From the NCBI GenBank assembly GCA_002687175.1, contig NYZP01000001.1, positions 149,607 to 213,606 on the forward strand: a stretch of 64,000 nucleotides of DNA. The letters are read 5' to 3'. Shown here one piece after another: positions 38,257 through 48,469 of this stretch. Under the pieces are notes generated by a model. The model saw only the letters and a program-made list of their open reading frames with translations, made no database searches and was not told where the DNA came from. Every line of letters begins with the position of its first letter. The first letter of the stretch is position 1. The stretch comes from Parcubacteria group bacterium. Lineage in GTDB: Bacteria > Patescibacteriota > Patescibacteriia > Buchananbacterales > UBA6539. A program made the translations under genes and the position numbers.

Positions 38257-39673
38257 TATCCTAGAAAAAATATATAAGGATAGATTAATTAGGTCATCAG
38301 TAACTGAAAAAAGTCATCAGTGGTTTTTTCATATTTATTTTGGCAATTATGTTAAATATCAGACTGCTCCATTCCAGCAAGAGATATTAAAATTAACTGA
38401 GGATCAAACTTTACCCTTGGTAGCTATAATGGCATTTCGTGGATCAGGTAAATCAACAATTGTTACCTGCTCCACGGCCATTTGGTCTGTGCTTGGATCA
38501 CCAAATAAAAAATATGTGGTCATCCTAACTAAAACCCAGCAACAAGCTCGACAACATTTAGCTAATATAAGGTACGAGTTTGAAAATAATGAGTTACTAA
38601 GAAATGATTTTGGCCCATTTGAAGACAAAAATTCTGAGTGGACTTCTTCATCTTTAACTCTGCCAAAATACGGAGCTAAAATCATTGCTGTTAGTGCTGA
38701 GCAAGGAATTCGTGGATTAAGACATAGAGAGTACCGACCAGATCTACTATTGGTGGATGATGTTGAAGATGATCAAAGTGTTAGAAACAAAGACAGCAGA
38801 GACAAAACTTATGATTGGTTTGTGCGAGAAGTAATACCTATTGGCGATGAAAATACCAAAATTATAGTTGTGGGAAATTTACTTCACCGAGATTCACTGA
38901 TGATGAGAATTAAAAATGATATTAGTAAAAAAAATAGAGAAGGAATATTTAAATCCTACCCAATTATAAATGATGATAAATTAATTAGTTGGCCAGCAAA
39001 ATTTCCATCATCAAAAGAAGTGGAAGATCTTAGATTAAAGATTGGTGATGAAAAAGCTTGGAAACAAGAATATGTTTTAAAAATTGTCTATGATGATAGT
39101 AGAGTAATACGACCAGAATGGATTCAGTATTATAATGAAATAAAAGAACATGAAGATAGTCTAAGATACAATGCTATCGGTGTTGATCCAGCTATATCTG
39201 AATCCACTTATGCTGATTACACCGGCATCGTATCAGCTAAGGTTTATGGCAATAGAGAAAATCTGAGGATATATATCCTACCCAATCTAATAAACCAAAA
39301 GATGAATTTCCCAAAATCAGTGGAAACCATAAAAAGCTTATACAAAACCATGAGCCATTGTGAAACCACTAAAGTTTTTGTTGAAAGTGTAGCTATGCAG
39401 GGAGCTGTTGCTCAAGCACTTAATCACGAGGGTATCCCCGCGGAAGAAATTAGAATCAAGGGTGATAAGAGAGCTAGACTAAGTGTATTGGGTGGAAATA
39501 TCCAAAAAGGCCAAATTCTATTTCCCAAAATTGGAGCTGAAGAATTAATAAATCAAATGATTGATTTGGGAACACATGGCCATGATGATTTGGCAGATGC
39601 ATTTAGTTTGTTGTGTAATAAGCTAATAGAAGAAGATGAGAATTTCACTATGCCAGATTTATATATTCTTTGA
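38228..39673 (+). CDS. Phage terminase large subunit
   Basis: Walker A AFRGSGKST, Walker B LLLVDDVED and a C-terminal RNaseH-like nuclease region. Confidence 0.75.
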   Translation: MTKIISPTNNILEKIYKDRLIRSSVTEKSHQWFFHIYFGNYVKYQTAPFQQEILKLTEDQTLPLVAIMAFRGSGKSTIVTCSTAIWSVLGSPNKKYVVILTKTQQQARQHLANIRYEFENNELLRNDFGPFEDKNSEWTSSSLTLPKYGAKIIAVSAEQGIRGLRHREYRPDLLLVDDVEDDQSVRNKDSRDKTYDWFVREVIPIGDENTKIIVVGNLLHRDSLMMRIKNDISKKNREGIFKSYPIINDDKLISWPAKFPSSKEVEDLRLKIGDEKAWKQEYVLKIVYDDSRVIRPEWIQYYNEIKEHEDSLRYNAIGVDPAISESTYADYTGIVSAKVYGNRENLRIYILPNLINQKMNFPKSVETIKSLYKTMSHCETTKVFVESVAMQGAVAQALNHEGIPAEEIRIKGDKRARLSVLGGNIQKGQILFPKIGAEELINQMIDLGTHGHDDLADAFSLLCNKLIEEDENFTMPDLYIL

Positions 39674-39683
39674 TTACTTATAA

Positions 39684-40070
39684 TCATAAAGACTTTTTTA
39701 TATCTTCATCAGACCAACCAGCATTTACTAGATTCTCTTTGATTTCTTTTCTCTTCATTCCAGAGGCCTGTGCCTTGCTAACATAATCTTGAAGTGCGCT
39801 TGAAATATTTTCCTCTCTATTTAAAAAAGTTGACCCGGATTGATTATCATCCTTAAACTTATCAATAATACTAAAAAATATTGAGCCAATAGCATATGAA
39901 ATAAAAATAATAACTACCCCTCCTATACCAACAGTACAAACAGTAGCTATAAATAGAAAACCAAAAACACTTTGAATATTACCAAGAAATATTAATAAAA
40001 TAACAACGAGAATTAAAAATCCAACAAGGGTTTTTAATAACTTACTCTTTGGCTTATTTATGGAATTCAT
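39684..40070 (-). CDS. Small membrane protein
   Basis: Two hydrophobic helices. No motif. Confidence 0.3.
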   Translation of the reverse strand: MNSINKPKSKLLKTLVGFLILVVILLIFLGNIQSVFGFLFIATVCTVGIGGVVIIFISYAIGSIFFSIIDKFKDDNQSGSTFLNREENISSALQDYVSKAQASGMKRKEIKENLVNAGWSDEDIKKSL

Positions 40071-40080
40071 ATTTTATATA

Positions 40081-40890
40081 TTAATTTTTATTATCTAATA
40101 TAATTTCCCAATACCTAACGAAAGTAATTACTAGTGCCAAATACAAAGGAATGGCAAATAAAACCTCAAATGCCAATACGGTCCCCGGAACCATAAAACC
40201 CATAAAATTATTTGTTAAACTTTCACCATATTGCCTAACTCCAGTTGCAACTAAAAAATTTTCAATTGGTATAGTAATAACAGTTAATAGAACAAGGTAT
40301 GCTATAAATCTTTTAACTAAATTTTCCTTAATCATAAAATAATCAACAATAGAAGTTGAAACATAAATCAAAAACACCCAACCAAGTGTGATTATAAAGC
40401 TAATATCATGATAGATATATGACCAATTTGGTAGATTGGCATTAATCACCATTGGTTCTATCATAACCTCATATAACAACACACCAATTATTGCAATAAT
40501 TAAATTTCTAATCCACTTATTTTTATTGATTGGTAAAATTATTTTTTTCGATAAATGTAAATCCCAATACTTATAAAACGCAATTATTAGACTCATAAAT
40601 ACTGGAATATAATAAAGTGACTCAATTGGAAGTTTTAAAAGTGGAATGTTAATATTAATTAGAATATTAGCCACTTCTGGGGCATAAGTTCTAATCCCAA
40701 TACCAACAACCCATGCCTCACCCAATAAACCCAAAATTGTCGCAATTACTAAATAAACAAAAAATCTAGTTCTTTCTTTAATAGTCTTGAAAAAATAATC
40801 ACCAGCAATTACTGCCAAAGATATCAAACCAGTCCATCCTAAAGTTAAAATCCAACTAACATCATAATAAACATAAGCAAAACGACCCAT
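40081..40890 (-). CDS. Polytopic membrane protein
   Basis: About eight hydrophobic helices. Confidence 0.35.
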   Translation of the reverse strand: MGRFAYVYYDVSWILTLGWTGLISLAVIAGDYFFKTIKERTRFFVYLVIATILGLLGEAWVVGIGIRTYAPEVANILININIPLLKLPIESLYYIPVFMSLIIAFYKYWDLHLSKKIILPINKNKWIRNLIIAIIGVLLYEVMIEPMVINANLPNWSYIYHDISFIITLGWVFLIYVSTSIVDYFMIKENLVKRFIAYLVLLTVITIPIENFLVATGVRQYGESLTNNFMGFMVPGTVLAFEVLFAIPLYLALVITFVRYWEIILDNKN

Positions 40891-41546
40891 ATTATAACTA
40901 TAACCATGACATTAGCGGCAATGTCGACTGGAACTAAATTAACATACCCACTGAGCTTAGGGAAACGCACTACATCATTAGTGGAGTTTAACGCTTTAAT
41001 AAAGGCTCCTAAAGCAAGATAAAAGCCGCTAAAATTAATAATTTCACCAGTCCTGCTGTGCCCGGTTAAAATTGATGGTCTAAAAATTGTACTCGAAACT
41101 TTAGAATTTATGAGAATCTCTTCGGCCTTACTTTTATCTTCCTCATACTGGTTGCTAAAAGGCTCTTGATTTGGTTTATAAAGATACGCTGTACTAGCAT
41201 AGGATAATTGTATGTCGGAATTATTAATGTGCTTAATAAGATTCATCATCATTCTTTGATTAGAATCTTTGGCGTCATGAAAATGAACGATACCAGCGCA
41301 GTGAATAATTGCGCTGGCATTTTTTATCACAAAAGAGGGCAGCGGGTCTTTTACAAGGTCACAAAAGACAACTTCTTTAAAACTGGATAAATTATTAAAA
41401 CTAGTCTTTAACTTGCCTAAGCTCTCCTGAGAGCTTAACACGGGAACTACTCCATAGTTTTTAGATAGTAGCTTTCTTCCAATCTCCGCTCCAAGGTTGC
41501 CCGTCACTCCTGTAAGAATTATATTCATATCTGTATATTTTACCAA
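40845..41546 (-). CDS. NAD(P)-binding Rossmann-fold protein (short epimerase/SDR-like)
   Basis: ILTGVTGNLGAEIGRKL glycine-rich motif. Confidence 0.4.
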   Translation of the reverse strand: MVKYTDMNIILTGVTGNLGAEIGRKLLSKNYGVVPVLSSQESLGKLKTSFNNLSSFKEVVFCDLVKDPLPSFVIKNASAIIHCAGIVHFHDAKDSNQRMMMNLIKHINNSDIQLSYASTAYLYKPNQEPFSNQYEEDKSKAEEILINSKVSSTIFRPSILTGHSRTGEIINFSGFYLALGAFIKALNSTNDVVRFPKLSGYVNLVPVDIAANVMVIVIIWVVLLMFIMMLVGF

Positions 41547-41591
41547 AAAATCGCCTTATTGGCGACTTATCTGGCATTTTTAGATGTCGGG

Positions 41592-42434
41592 TTAATCAAA
41601 CTCGCGAATTCTTTTTGAGAACTCCTTACCCACAACTTCATTGCCCAGTGCACGTGCGCGGTCATTAACATAGTAGTAATCTCTAATTTTCTTCCACTCT
41701 AGGTCACTATCAATCATGTCTAAATTGTACGCCAAGTGATCGGAGTACCCAGGAAAAATTGTTCCAACATGCCATTTAGGAACTCTACTCGGCAGCAAAT
41801 CATTAACGTGTTGAATTAAAGTGCTAGTGCAGTTATGAGTCAGCGTATTATAAAATTCTGGTTTTTGCCTTAATTCATTTGTGCGTTCCAACATGGCAAC
41901 GAATACATGACGCATTCTCTCCGGAGTAGTTTTGATTGGATAAAGATGAACAGCTTCATTTTCTCGATAATTTGTACGAACTTTAATAATATCATTTTCA
42001 TCACCAATTTGGTAAATAATTTCATAGGCGTTAGCCAAACCAGTCAACGGTGAGTACTCTTCTCCTTCTTCCATTCTGGTCTCAACTGAAACGGAGATAT
42101 ATTCATCATCAGTAAATCCAAAACTAACAAAAGTGTGAGCAATACCTCTCCATGACTTAAAAGGATTTACTCCGAGCCAAGCTGATTCAATGTTACTTAA
42201 ATCAAAAGTCTTATCGTAGTAATCGGGAGTAATATCTAAATGATCTTTGCCATACTTAAAATTACGAATATTGTGGATTGTCACCAAATCTCCGTCAAAA
42301 GTAGTGTAAGGCATTATTGAATCTTCAATCGCCCAATTGCGATCATTGGATGGTCGCCTTAGAGAAATAAAAAAAGATCCTACAATGACTCCTACTACCA
42401 AAATTAACATAATGGAAACAATTGTTTTCTTCAT
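41592..42434 (-). CDS. Membrane-anchored hypothetical protein (DUF4105-like?)
   Basis: N-terminal TM helix. No catalytic motif recognised. Confidence 0.3.
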   Translation of the reverse strand: MKKTIVSIMLILVVGVIVGSFFISLRRPSNDRNWAIEDSIMPYTTFDGDLVTIHNIRNFKYGKDHLDITPDYYDKTFDLSNIESAWLGVNPFKSWRGIAHTFVSFGFTDDEYISVSVETRMEEGEEYSPLTGLANAYEIIYQIGDENDIIKVRTNYRENEAVHLYPIKTTPERMRHVFVAMLERTNELRQKPEFYNTLTHNCTSTLIQHVNDLLPSRVPKWHVGTIFPGYSDHLAYNLDMIDSDLEWKKIRDYYYVNDRARALGNEVVGKEFSKRIREFD

Positions 42435-42469
42435 AATTCTATTTTACCAAAAAACCCATGATTAAGCGA

Positions 42470-42497
42470 TTTGACCGTTGATTGGACTCGAACCAAA
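42470..42497 (-). other. Orphan tRNA 3'-end-like fragment (T-arm plus acceptor 3' strand), possible att-site remnant
   Basis: The minus strand reads TTGGTTCGAGTCCAATCAACGGTCA (GGTTCGAGTCC T-loop motif) with no matching 5' half nearby. Confidence 0.35.
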
Positions 42498-42522
42498 AAT
42501 TTTTACTAAAATAAGCCATCCG

Positions 42523-42594
42523 CTCCGAGGGCCGGATTCGAACCGGCAACCAATTGATTAACAGTCAACTGCTCTACCATTGAGCTACCTCGGA
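42523..42594 (-). tRNA. tRNA-Asn(GTT), copy A
   Basis: Minus strand reads TCCGAGGTAGCTCAATGGTAGAGCAGTTGACTGTTAATCAATTGGTTGCCGGTTCGAATCCGGCCCTCGGAG. Anticodon loop is CUGUUAA. Confidence 0.85.
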
Positions 42595-42683
42595 GCACAT
42601 GGCTCATTTTTTACTCTATTGCGCTATATTCTAATTTTAAAGTCTTTGACGGAAACCGGTCGGTCAGAAACGCTTCCGGTCTC

Positions 42684-42755
42684 CTCCGGGGGTCGGATTC
42701 GAACCGACAACCAATTGATTAACAGTCAACTGCTCTACCGTTGAGCTACCCCGGA
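42684..42755 (-). tRNA. tRNA-Asn(GTT), copy B (variant stems)
   Basis: Same fold with compensatory changes (CCCCGGA..GTCGG/CCGAC). Confidence 0.8.
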
Positions 42756-42845
42756 GCACATGGCTCATTTTTTTGCTCTACAAACTATATTTTAAATTTT
42801 CAAGCCCCTGACAGGAACCGGTCGCTTTGGAAAGCGTCCGATCTC

Positions 42846-42917
42846 CTCCGAGGGCCGGATTCGAACCGGCAACCAATTGATTAACAGTCAACTGCTCTAC
42901 CATTGAGCTACCTCGGA
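42846..42917 (-). tRNA. tRNA-Asn(GTT), copy C
   Basis: Identical to copy A. Confidence 0.85.
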
Positions 42918-42957
42918 ACTTAATTCTCCTTAATTACTTTTACCTTCTAAACCTTGA

Positions 42958-44220
42958 TTAATAATCTTTTAATTTACCAATCAAGTGATGTTTTTCAATC
43001 TTTTCTAGAGCCTTGGCCTCAATTTGTCTAATTCTTTCGCGAGTAACATCAAATTCTTGACCGACTTCTTCAAGGGTATGAGCGATTCCATCTTTCAAAC
43101 CAAAACGCATTTCTAAAATCTTTTGTTCTCGGGGAGTTAAGTCTTGGATAACATCAGTGACATAATCACGTAAAAGTTGTAAGGCCGCTACCCGGTCAGG
43201 AGTAATTGTTTTAACATCTTCGATGAAATCTTCAAGCGTGCTGTCTTCATCGTCTTCACCAACAGAAGTTTCAATTGAAATAGTATCCTGACTAATTTTA
43301 ATAATATGTAAAATTTTATCAAGTGGCTGGCTCATCTCAGCGGCAATTTCTTCTGGCAAAGGTTCCCGACCAAGATCTTGAATCAACTGTCGTTCTGCTT
43401 GCTTGAATTTATTAATCGTTTCCACCATATGCACTGGAATCCGAATTGTTCTTGATTGATCAGCCAAGGCTCTAGTGATCGCCTGGCGAATCCACCAGGT
43501 AGCATAAGTGGAAAATTTATATCCACGCCGGTAATCAAATTTTTCTACCGCTCGAAAAAGACCAATGTTACCTTCTTGAATCAAATCTAGCAATGATAAG
43601 CTTTTCCCGGTAAAACGTTTAGCAATAGAAACTACTAATCGTAAATTTGCTTCTATTAATTTTTTCTTAGCTTCCTTATCACCATGCTCAGATTTTTTAG
43701 CTAAATTAATTTCTTCATCTGCTTTAAGTAAAGACACTTTACCGATTTCTCGTAAATACATCTGGATTGAGTCAGCCGAGATATCTGATATATCAATTCT
43801 TTTTTTACCCTTTTTAGCAAGCCCAATTTTTTCTAATGCCTCAGATCTTTTTTCTTCAGTTTCTAAAAGTCCAGCTTCCGTTTCTACAACGCTTAAACCA
43901 AGTTTATCAATAGTAAATAAAAAATCCTCATACTGGTCAACATACTCCTCAATTTCGGGAAAAGCATGTAAGACCTCTACTTCAGTAATAAATCCTCTGG
44001 TGTTACCTTTTTTAATCAGTTTGTCAATATCTTCTTGATTAGAAGAAACTTTAACTTTAGTTCTTTTAGTAGAATCAGGCTTCTTTTTTTTAGCTGTGGT
44101 TTTTTTAGCTGTGGTTTTTTTGGTAGCTTTTTTTACCTTGCTTTTTGTAGTCTTTTTCAAAACTTTCTTCTTTTTAGTTACCTTTTTTGCCACTTTCTTG
44201 GTTGTATTTTTAGCAGGCAT
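42958..44220 (-). CDS. rpoD: RNA polymerase sigma factor RpoD (sigma-70) with a Lys/Thr-rich N-terminus
   Basis: Regions 2 to 4 including [14 protein letters not shown] and the region 4 HTH. Confidence 0.9.
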   Translation of the reverse strand: MPAKNTTKKVAKKVTKKKKVLKKTTKSKVKKATKKTTAKKTTAKKKKPDSTKRTKVKVSSNQEDIDKLIKKGNTRGFITEVEVLHAFPEIEEYVDQYEDFLFTIDKLGLSVVETEAGLLETEEKRSEALEKIGLAKKGKKRIDISDISADSIQMYLREIGKVSLLKADEEINLAKKSEHGDKEAKKKLIEANLRLVVSIAKRFTGKSLSLLDLIQEGNIGLFRAVEKFDYRRGYKFSTYATWWIRQAITRALADQSRTIRIPVHMVETINKFKQAERQLIQDLGREPLPEEIAAEMSQPLDKILHIIKISQDTISIETSVGEDDEDSTLEDFIEDVKTITPDRVAALQLLRDYVTDVIQDLTPREQKILEMRFGLKDGIAHTLEEVGQEFDVTRERIRQIEAKALEKIEKHHLIGKLKDY

Positions 44221-44227
44221 AAATATA

Positions 44228-46015
44228 TTATTCTAAAACATTTAACTGAGCAATGACTTGATTAAATTGCTCAATTAATTTTTTTACTTCTTCACTCTCT
44301 CCTTTGTTTTCCGCCGTTTTTATCTGTCCTTCAATTTCTTTAAGTTGAAAATTATAATGATTTTCTTTACAAAACTTAGTTGCTTTAATCAACTCATCTC
44401 TAATTATTTCTGAATCGAAATCAAAAAAATCCTTCTCTGCCAAGAGAACGAGTTTATCAGCAATGACATCGAGGCTGTCGGCTTTAAGTTTATTATGAAA
44501 TTCTTGATAATCAAAATTATCTATATTATTATCAATGTCTTCAGTATAGTAAATAATGAGCTTTTTGTAAAGGTCATTTAAACTATCATCAATAAATATT
44601 TCTGGTTCTAGGTTATCAATTAGATAAGGCAGATTTATCGGATATTTTAAAACCATGGCTAAAACCTGCTCCAACAACATTGTATTACGACTTTTAGTTA
44701 CCTGAACAGTGGCTTCAGTTTTTTCAGGAGATTTTTCTGGTTCTGATTTTGGTAAAGACTCACGTAAGATTGATTCAGTAACATTTAATAAGCTGGATAA
44801 TTTTTGTAGCCAATGGGTCTGTTCTATTTTGTTACTTATTTTGTTGATGATTGGCAACAATATTTTGGCGGCTTCTTTTTTACCCTCAACATTACCTAAA
44901 TTAATACGGTCTAAAGTTTGATCAAAGTAATAATCCATGATTGACTTAGCATTTTTATTAGCTTCTTCCCAAACCTTTTTATCAGCTTTAATAACATCGT
45001 CTGGATCTTTACCGTCAGGCAACACAATAATTTTAACATTTAGATCTTCAGATAAAGCTAAAGCAATGCCCCGCTTAGCGGCTGATTCACCGGCAACATC
45101 AGTGTCAAAAGCAATTTTAATATTTTTAGTATATCTTTTCAATAATTTAAGTTGATCTAAAGTAAAAGCCGTTCCTGATGCTGCAATAACGTTCTTTGTT
45201 CCAGCCTGCCAAGCAGCTAAAACATCCATTTGACCTTCAACCACAATGGCGTAATCATTTTTTTTAATATACTCCTTGGCTTTATCTAAATTATAAATAA
45301 CTAAACTTTTATTATAGACTAAAGTTTGTGGCGTGTTGATATATTTACCACCTTTTTCATCAGTTTTTAAAGCTCGGGCAGAAAAACCAACTGGACTACC
45401 ATGAGCATCATTGATCGGAAACATTAAACGACCACGGAACCGATCATAAAATCCTTGACCTCGTTCTTTCTTAACCGTTAAACCAGCTAAAAATATTTCT
45501 TGCTCATTGAAACCTTTACTCTTCAGATGGTTAAACATGTTACCCCAAGAATCATGAGCATAACCTAATTTAAATTCTTCCGTTGTTTCTTTATTAAGTT
45601 GACGATCATTAATTAAATATTCATTAATTTTCTTTGCCGATTCTGGCTTTAAATTCTCAGACCAAAATCTGGATGCCTCTTGGCAAATATCTAAAATCTT
45701 ATTCTTCTGACTGGCTAGCTTTGGATCTTGCGCTACCAACTTGACTCCAGCTTTTTGGGCTAACAGTCTTAAAGCCTCTGGAAAATCCATCCCTTCCATC
45801 TTCTGGACAAACGTAAAAATATCACCGCCTTCACTACAGCCAAAACAATGAAAAATTTGTTTGTCTTTAGAAACAACAAAAGATGGAGTTTTTTCATTAT
45901 GAAAAGGACATAGCGCTTTCCAGCTATTTGTTCCCGCTTGTTTTAGCCTAATATATTCTGAAACTAACTCAACTATATCAAGTCTATTTTTTATCTCTTC
46001 ACTTTGATTCGCCAT
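44228..46015 (-). CDS. dnaG: DNA primase
   Basis: Zinc finger [25 protein letters not shown] and a TOPRIM domain. Confidence 0.9.
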   Translation of the reverse strand: MANQSEEIKNRLDIVELVSEYIRLKQAGTNSWKALCPFHNEKTPSFVVSKDKQIFHCFGCSEGGDIFTFVQKMEGMDFPEALRLLAQKAGVKLVAQDPKLASQKNKILDICQEASRFWSENLKPESAKKINEYLINDRQLNKETTEEFKLGYAHDSWGNMFNHLKSKGFNEQEIFLAGLTVKKERGQGFYDRFRGRLMFPINDAHGSPVGFSARALKTDEKGGKYINTPQTLVYNKSLVIYNLDKAKEYIKKNDYAIVVEGQMDVLAAWQAGTKNVIAASGTAFTLDQLKLLKRYTKNIKIAFDTDVAGESAAKRGIALALSEDLNVKIIVLPDGKDPDDVIKADKKVWEEANKNAKSIMDYYFDQTLDRINLGNVEGKKEAAKILLPIINKISNKIEQTHWLQKLSSLLNVTESILRESLPKSEPEKSPEKTEATVQVTKSRNTMLLEQVLAMVLKYPINLPYLIDNLEPEIFIDDSLNDLYKKLIIYYTEDIDNNIDNFDYQEFHNKLKADSLDVIADKLVLLAEKDFFDFDSEIIRDELIKATKFCKENHYNFQLKEIEGQIKTAENKGESEEVKKLIEQFNQVIAQLNVLE

Positions 46016-46123
46016 AAAAGTATTGTCATTGTACTCTAATTATCGTTATTTAGGCAAGAAGACTTTGACTAATTAGTGATTTTCTGCTTTAATAGTATAG
46101 TATTAAAAACTTTTCATAATAGA

Positions 46124-46185
46124 GTGGAGGGGTGCCCCCGGCAGCTTGCCCCGTTGAAGAACGGGGCCGGGGCAGGCTCCGTGGT
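46124..46185 (+). other. Degenerate GC-enriched tRNA-Ser-like fragment
   Basis: GGAGGGGTGCC...CTTG...GGGGCAGGCTCCGTGGTC shares its start and the CTCCGTGG block with the tRNA-Ser at 46544 but lacks a T-loop. Confidence 0.35.
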
Positions 46186-46208
46186 CTATAAATATTTATT
46201 AAGAACAA

Positions 46209-46247
46209 AGCGGAGGGGTGCCAGAGTGGTCGAATGGGACAGTCTTG
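46209..46247 (+). repeat. Exact 39-nt duplicate of the 5' half of tRNA-Ser(TGA), truncated inside the anticodon loop
   Basis: AGCGGAGGGGTGCCAGAGTGGTCGAATGGGACAGTCTTG is identical to 46541-46579. The copy ends after CTTG of the anticodon loop and is followed by two GC hairpins (CCCGCC-agag-GCGGG and TCCGCC-ttcg-GCGGA). Confidence 0.85.
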
Positions 46248-46295
46248 CCCGCCAGAGGCGGGTCCGCCTTCGGCGGAAAAACAACTACCTTGAGT

Positions 46296-46580
46296 ATGCC
46301 TTGCACTTATATTTTATATAGTAGGTCAACCAACAAATTTTATACTGGATCAAGCAGAGAAAAAGCCGCTAATAATCGTTTAAAATCACATAACGCCGGA
46401 AAAACTAAATCGACAAAAGCTGGCCGTCCCTGGATAATTATTCATCAAGAAAAATACCAAAATTATACTGATGCCAGAAAAAGAGAAATTTTTTTAAAAT
46501 CAGGTCAAGGACGCAAATATATTAAAACTTTAAACAGCAGAGCGGAGGGGTGCCAGAGTGGTCGAATGGGACAGTCTTGA
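46296..46580 (+). CDS. GIY-YIG nuclease family protein (~94 aa); its 3' end overlaps the 5' half of tRNA-Ser
   Basis: MPCTYILYSRSTNKFYTGSSREKAANNRLKSHNAGK...RPWIIIHQEKYQNYTDARKREIFLKSGQGRKYI gives the GIY...YIG...R...E...N pattern. Confidence 0.55.
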   Translation: MPCTYILYSRSTNKFYTGSSREKAANNRLKSHNAGKTKSTKAGRPWIIIHQEKYQNYTDARKREIFLKSGQGRKYIKTLNSRAEGCQSGRMGQS

Positions 46581-46630
46581 AAACTGTTGAGGCAGCAATG
46601 TCTCCGTGGGTTCGAATCCCACTCCCTCCG
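46544..46630 (+). tRNA. tRNA-Ser(TGA)
   Basis: GGAGGGG-TG-CCAGAGTGGTCGAATGGG-ACAGTC-TTGAAAA-..., long variable arm, GTGGGTTCGAATCCCAC T-arm. No encoded CCA. Confidence 0.85.
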
Positions 46631-46656
46631 CTCTGCTGTTTATTTAACTTATAAGA

Positions 46657-46748
<92 letters not shown>

Positions 46749-46766
46749 TTTTACATTCAGCGAAAT

Positions 46767-48119
46767 ATGGTAGACTCAGCAATAGAACGCGCGCAAAACG
46801 AAAACGAAAACTACGATCGCCTTATTGGCGAGAAAAAAATATTAGAATACCTCAATACTGTATTGAAAGGAGAAAAACCTGAATCGTTTATTGCGCGGCC
46901 AATGAGCCAAGATTGCAAAGTAGCTGTAATGATTCCTGCCTATAATGAAAGTGCGTCAAATATCTTGCGTTCTTTGTCATCTTTAGCAGAACAAGAAGAA
47001 GTCGACCCTAATTTATTTGAGGTTGATTTGGTTGTAAACAATCGCAGAATTGATGCCGAGCAAAACACTCCTGCGTTTTTAGCAAATCAAGAATCAATAA
47101 GATTAATAAAATACATAAATGGCGAATCTCAAGAAATACCAGAAGGTTTAACTACTGAACAAGCTGAACAGATAGAAAAAATAAGAAAGGCGGAAATAAA
47201 AATCAACGTCATTGATAAATCTTCAGTAAATACATCAGATGAAGAAAATAATGTTGGCGTCGCAAGAGATAGGGCTGGGGCTGAAATCCTTGATAGGTTT
47301 ATGAAATCGTCTGGCAACACAGAGGGCGCTCTTGCAATCACTGATTGCGACTGCACATTTTCCCGCAATTTTATAAAGTCGTTAATTCAGTCATTTGAAC
47401 AACATAAAATCAACGGGGTTTCTGGTAATTTAGAGTTTGAAATTGATTCCTCATTGCCCAACCAAGAGTTGATTAAAAAAGCTTTTGATATTTATATGGG
47501 TAAGAACGGGCCCAAACAAGATTATTCAGGTGAGCCTAATTTCAAAATTCAAAAAGAAGGTGCCCTGCAAGCCGGTGCGAATATGGCTGTAACCGCAAAG
47601 GCGTGGGCAATGGTTAATGGAATGCCTAGAATCGCTGGCGGTGAAGATATTCGCTTTGGCAAAAATATTGAAGATTTACGGGGACAAGTAGCAAAAAATT
47701 ACGACTACACTATTACATCCCTTATACGCGTTTCAGAGCGTACCGGCTTGCAGGGCAATGGAAGAATAGTTAAAAAAATAAAAGAATCCGTGGACGATTT
47801 TGTTGCGGGTAAAACAGATAGAATCGTTGTTGAAGATAGAGAAATGGTTGATAAATTTTTTAATGGAGTTTTACGAGCAAATGAAAGTAAGGCGTTAAAA
47901 GGAAAATTATTTTTAGATTTAATGAAAGAATGCAATTTTAAACAAAATAATATTCCTGAGGCAGAATACGATGAACTGGCAAGTGAAATTAATACAGAAT
48001 TGGAAAAACCAAGGTCGGAGCAAGAATTGAAAAAGATTGAAAGATTGATTTTAGAGAAAATTTATCCTTACTATCCAGAAAGAGATGTAACTGATAAAAT
48101 AGTAAAGAAAGAATCTTAG
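46767..48119 (+). CDS. Glycosyltransferase family 2-like protein
   Basis: VAVMIPAYNESASNILRSLSSL GT2 N-terminal motif and ITDCDC. Start taken at the first ATG after the tRNA, since the ORF-track start at 46689 overlaps the tRNA. Confidence 0.5.
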   Translation: MVDSAIERAQNENENYDRLIGEKKILEYLNTVLKGEKPESFIARPMSQDCKVAVMIPAYNESASNILRSLSSLAEQEEVDPNLFEVDLVVNNRRIDAEQNTPAFLANQESIRLIKYINGESQEIPEGLTTEQAEQIEKIRKAEIKINVIDKSSVNTSDEENNVGVARDRAGAEILDRFMKSSGNTEGALAITDCDCTFSRNFIKSLIQSFEQHKINGVSGNLEFEIDSSLPNQELIKKAFDIYMGKNGPKQDYSGEPNFKIQKEGALQAGANMAVTAKAWAMVNGMPRIAGGEDIRFGKNIEDLRGQVAKNYDYTITSLIRVSERTGLQGNGRIVKKIKESVDDFVAGKTDRIVVEDREMVDKFFNGVLRANESKALKGKLFLDLMKECNFKQNNIPEAEYDELASEINTELEKPRSEQELKKIERLILEKIYPYYPERDVTDKIVKKES

Positions 48120-48469
48120 GCGGCGCGCCAACTTCGTTGGCACGAAATTCGGCGACGGCGGAAAGCGAGGGCGGGCAAAAATTCCTTCCCCCCCCCAACC
48201 CCCTTCCTTTTTGCCCGCCCGAGCGTTGGGGTGGGAAGCGGCTCGTCTCTGCGTCAGCAGAGAAGCAAAGCTCGCAAAAATTGTTTCCTTAATTAAAATT
48301 TGCGCGCGCCCATTAAAAGAAAAAGAAATTTTTGCGAGCTTTGCTGGCCGCCGTCAGGCGGCGAGCCGATGGGCGGGTTCACTCAGCGAAATCCGTAGGA
48401 TTTTGCTCAAACATTGTTCGAACTTCGTCCAAAAAACACCGCCACTATTAAAAATCTAAAAAATTATTT
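48120..48469. other. GC-rich, ORF-free, hairpin-dense block of undetermined family between convergent genes
   Basis: UUCG hairpin GCCAAC-ttcg-GTTGGC. Long stem GCGAGGGCGGGCAAAAA...TTTTTGCCCGCCCGAGCG enclosing a C9 run (..TTCCCCCCCCCAACCCCC..). CTCTGC-gtca-GCAGAG and GCCGCC-gtca-GGCGGC hairpins. A ~20-bp long-range pair GAAGCAAAGCTCGCAAAAATT / AATTTTTGCGAGCTTTGC. Shares CCGCCGTCAGGC and the CCCCCAA(A)CCCCC motif with block 24766-25213. Confidence 0.4.

Larger units (their letters stand above)
42523..42957. repeat. Tandem array of three ~161-bp units, each a tRNA-Asn plus a conserved spacer
   Basis: The spacers share ACATGGCTCATTTTTT... and GGAAACCGGTCG... blocks. Unit starts are at 42523, 42684 and 42846. 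Confidence 0.8.

Noticed and set aside
44085-44125. 15-bp tandem duplication (TTTTTTTAGCTGTGGT x2) in rpoD
   Set aside because: It is in-frame and simply duplicates KKTTA in the Lys/Thr-rich N-terminal tail of sigma-70. It has no structural consequence.
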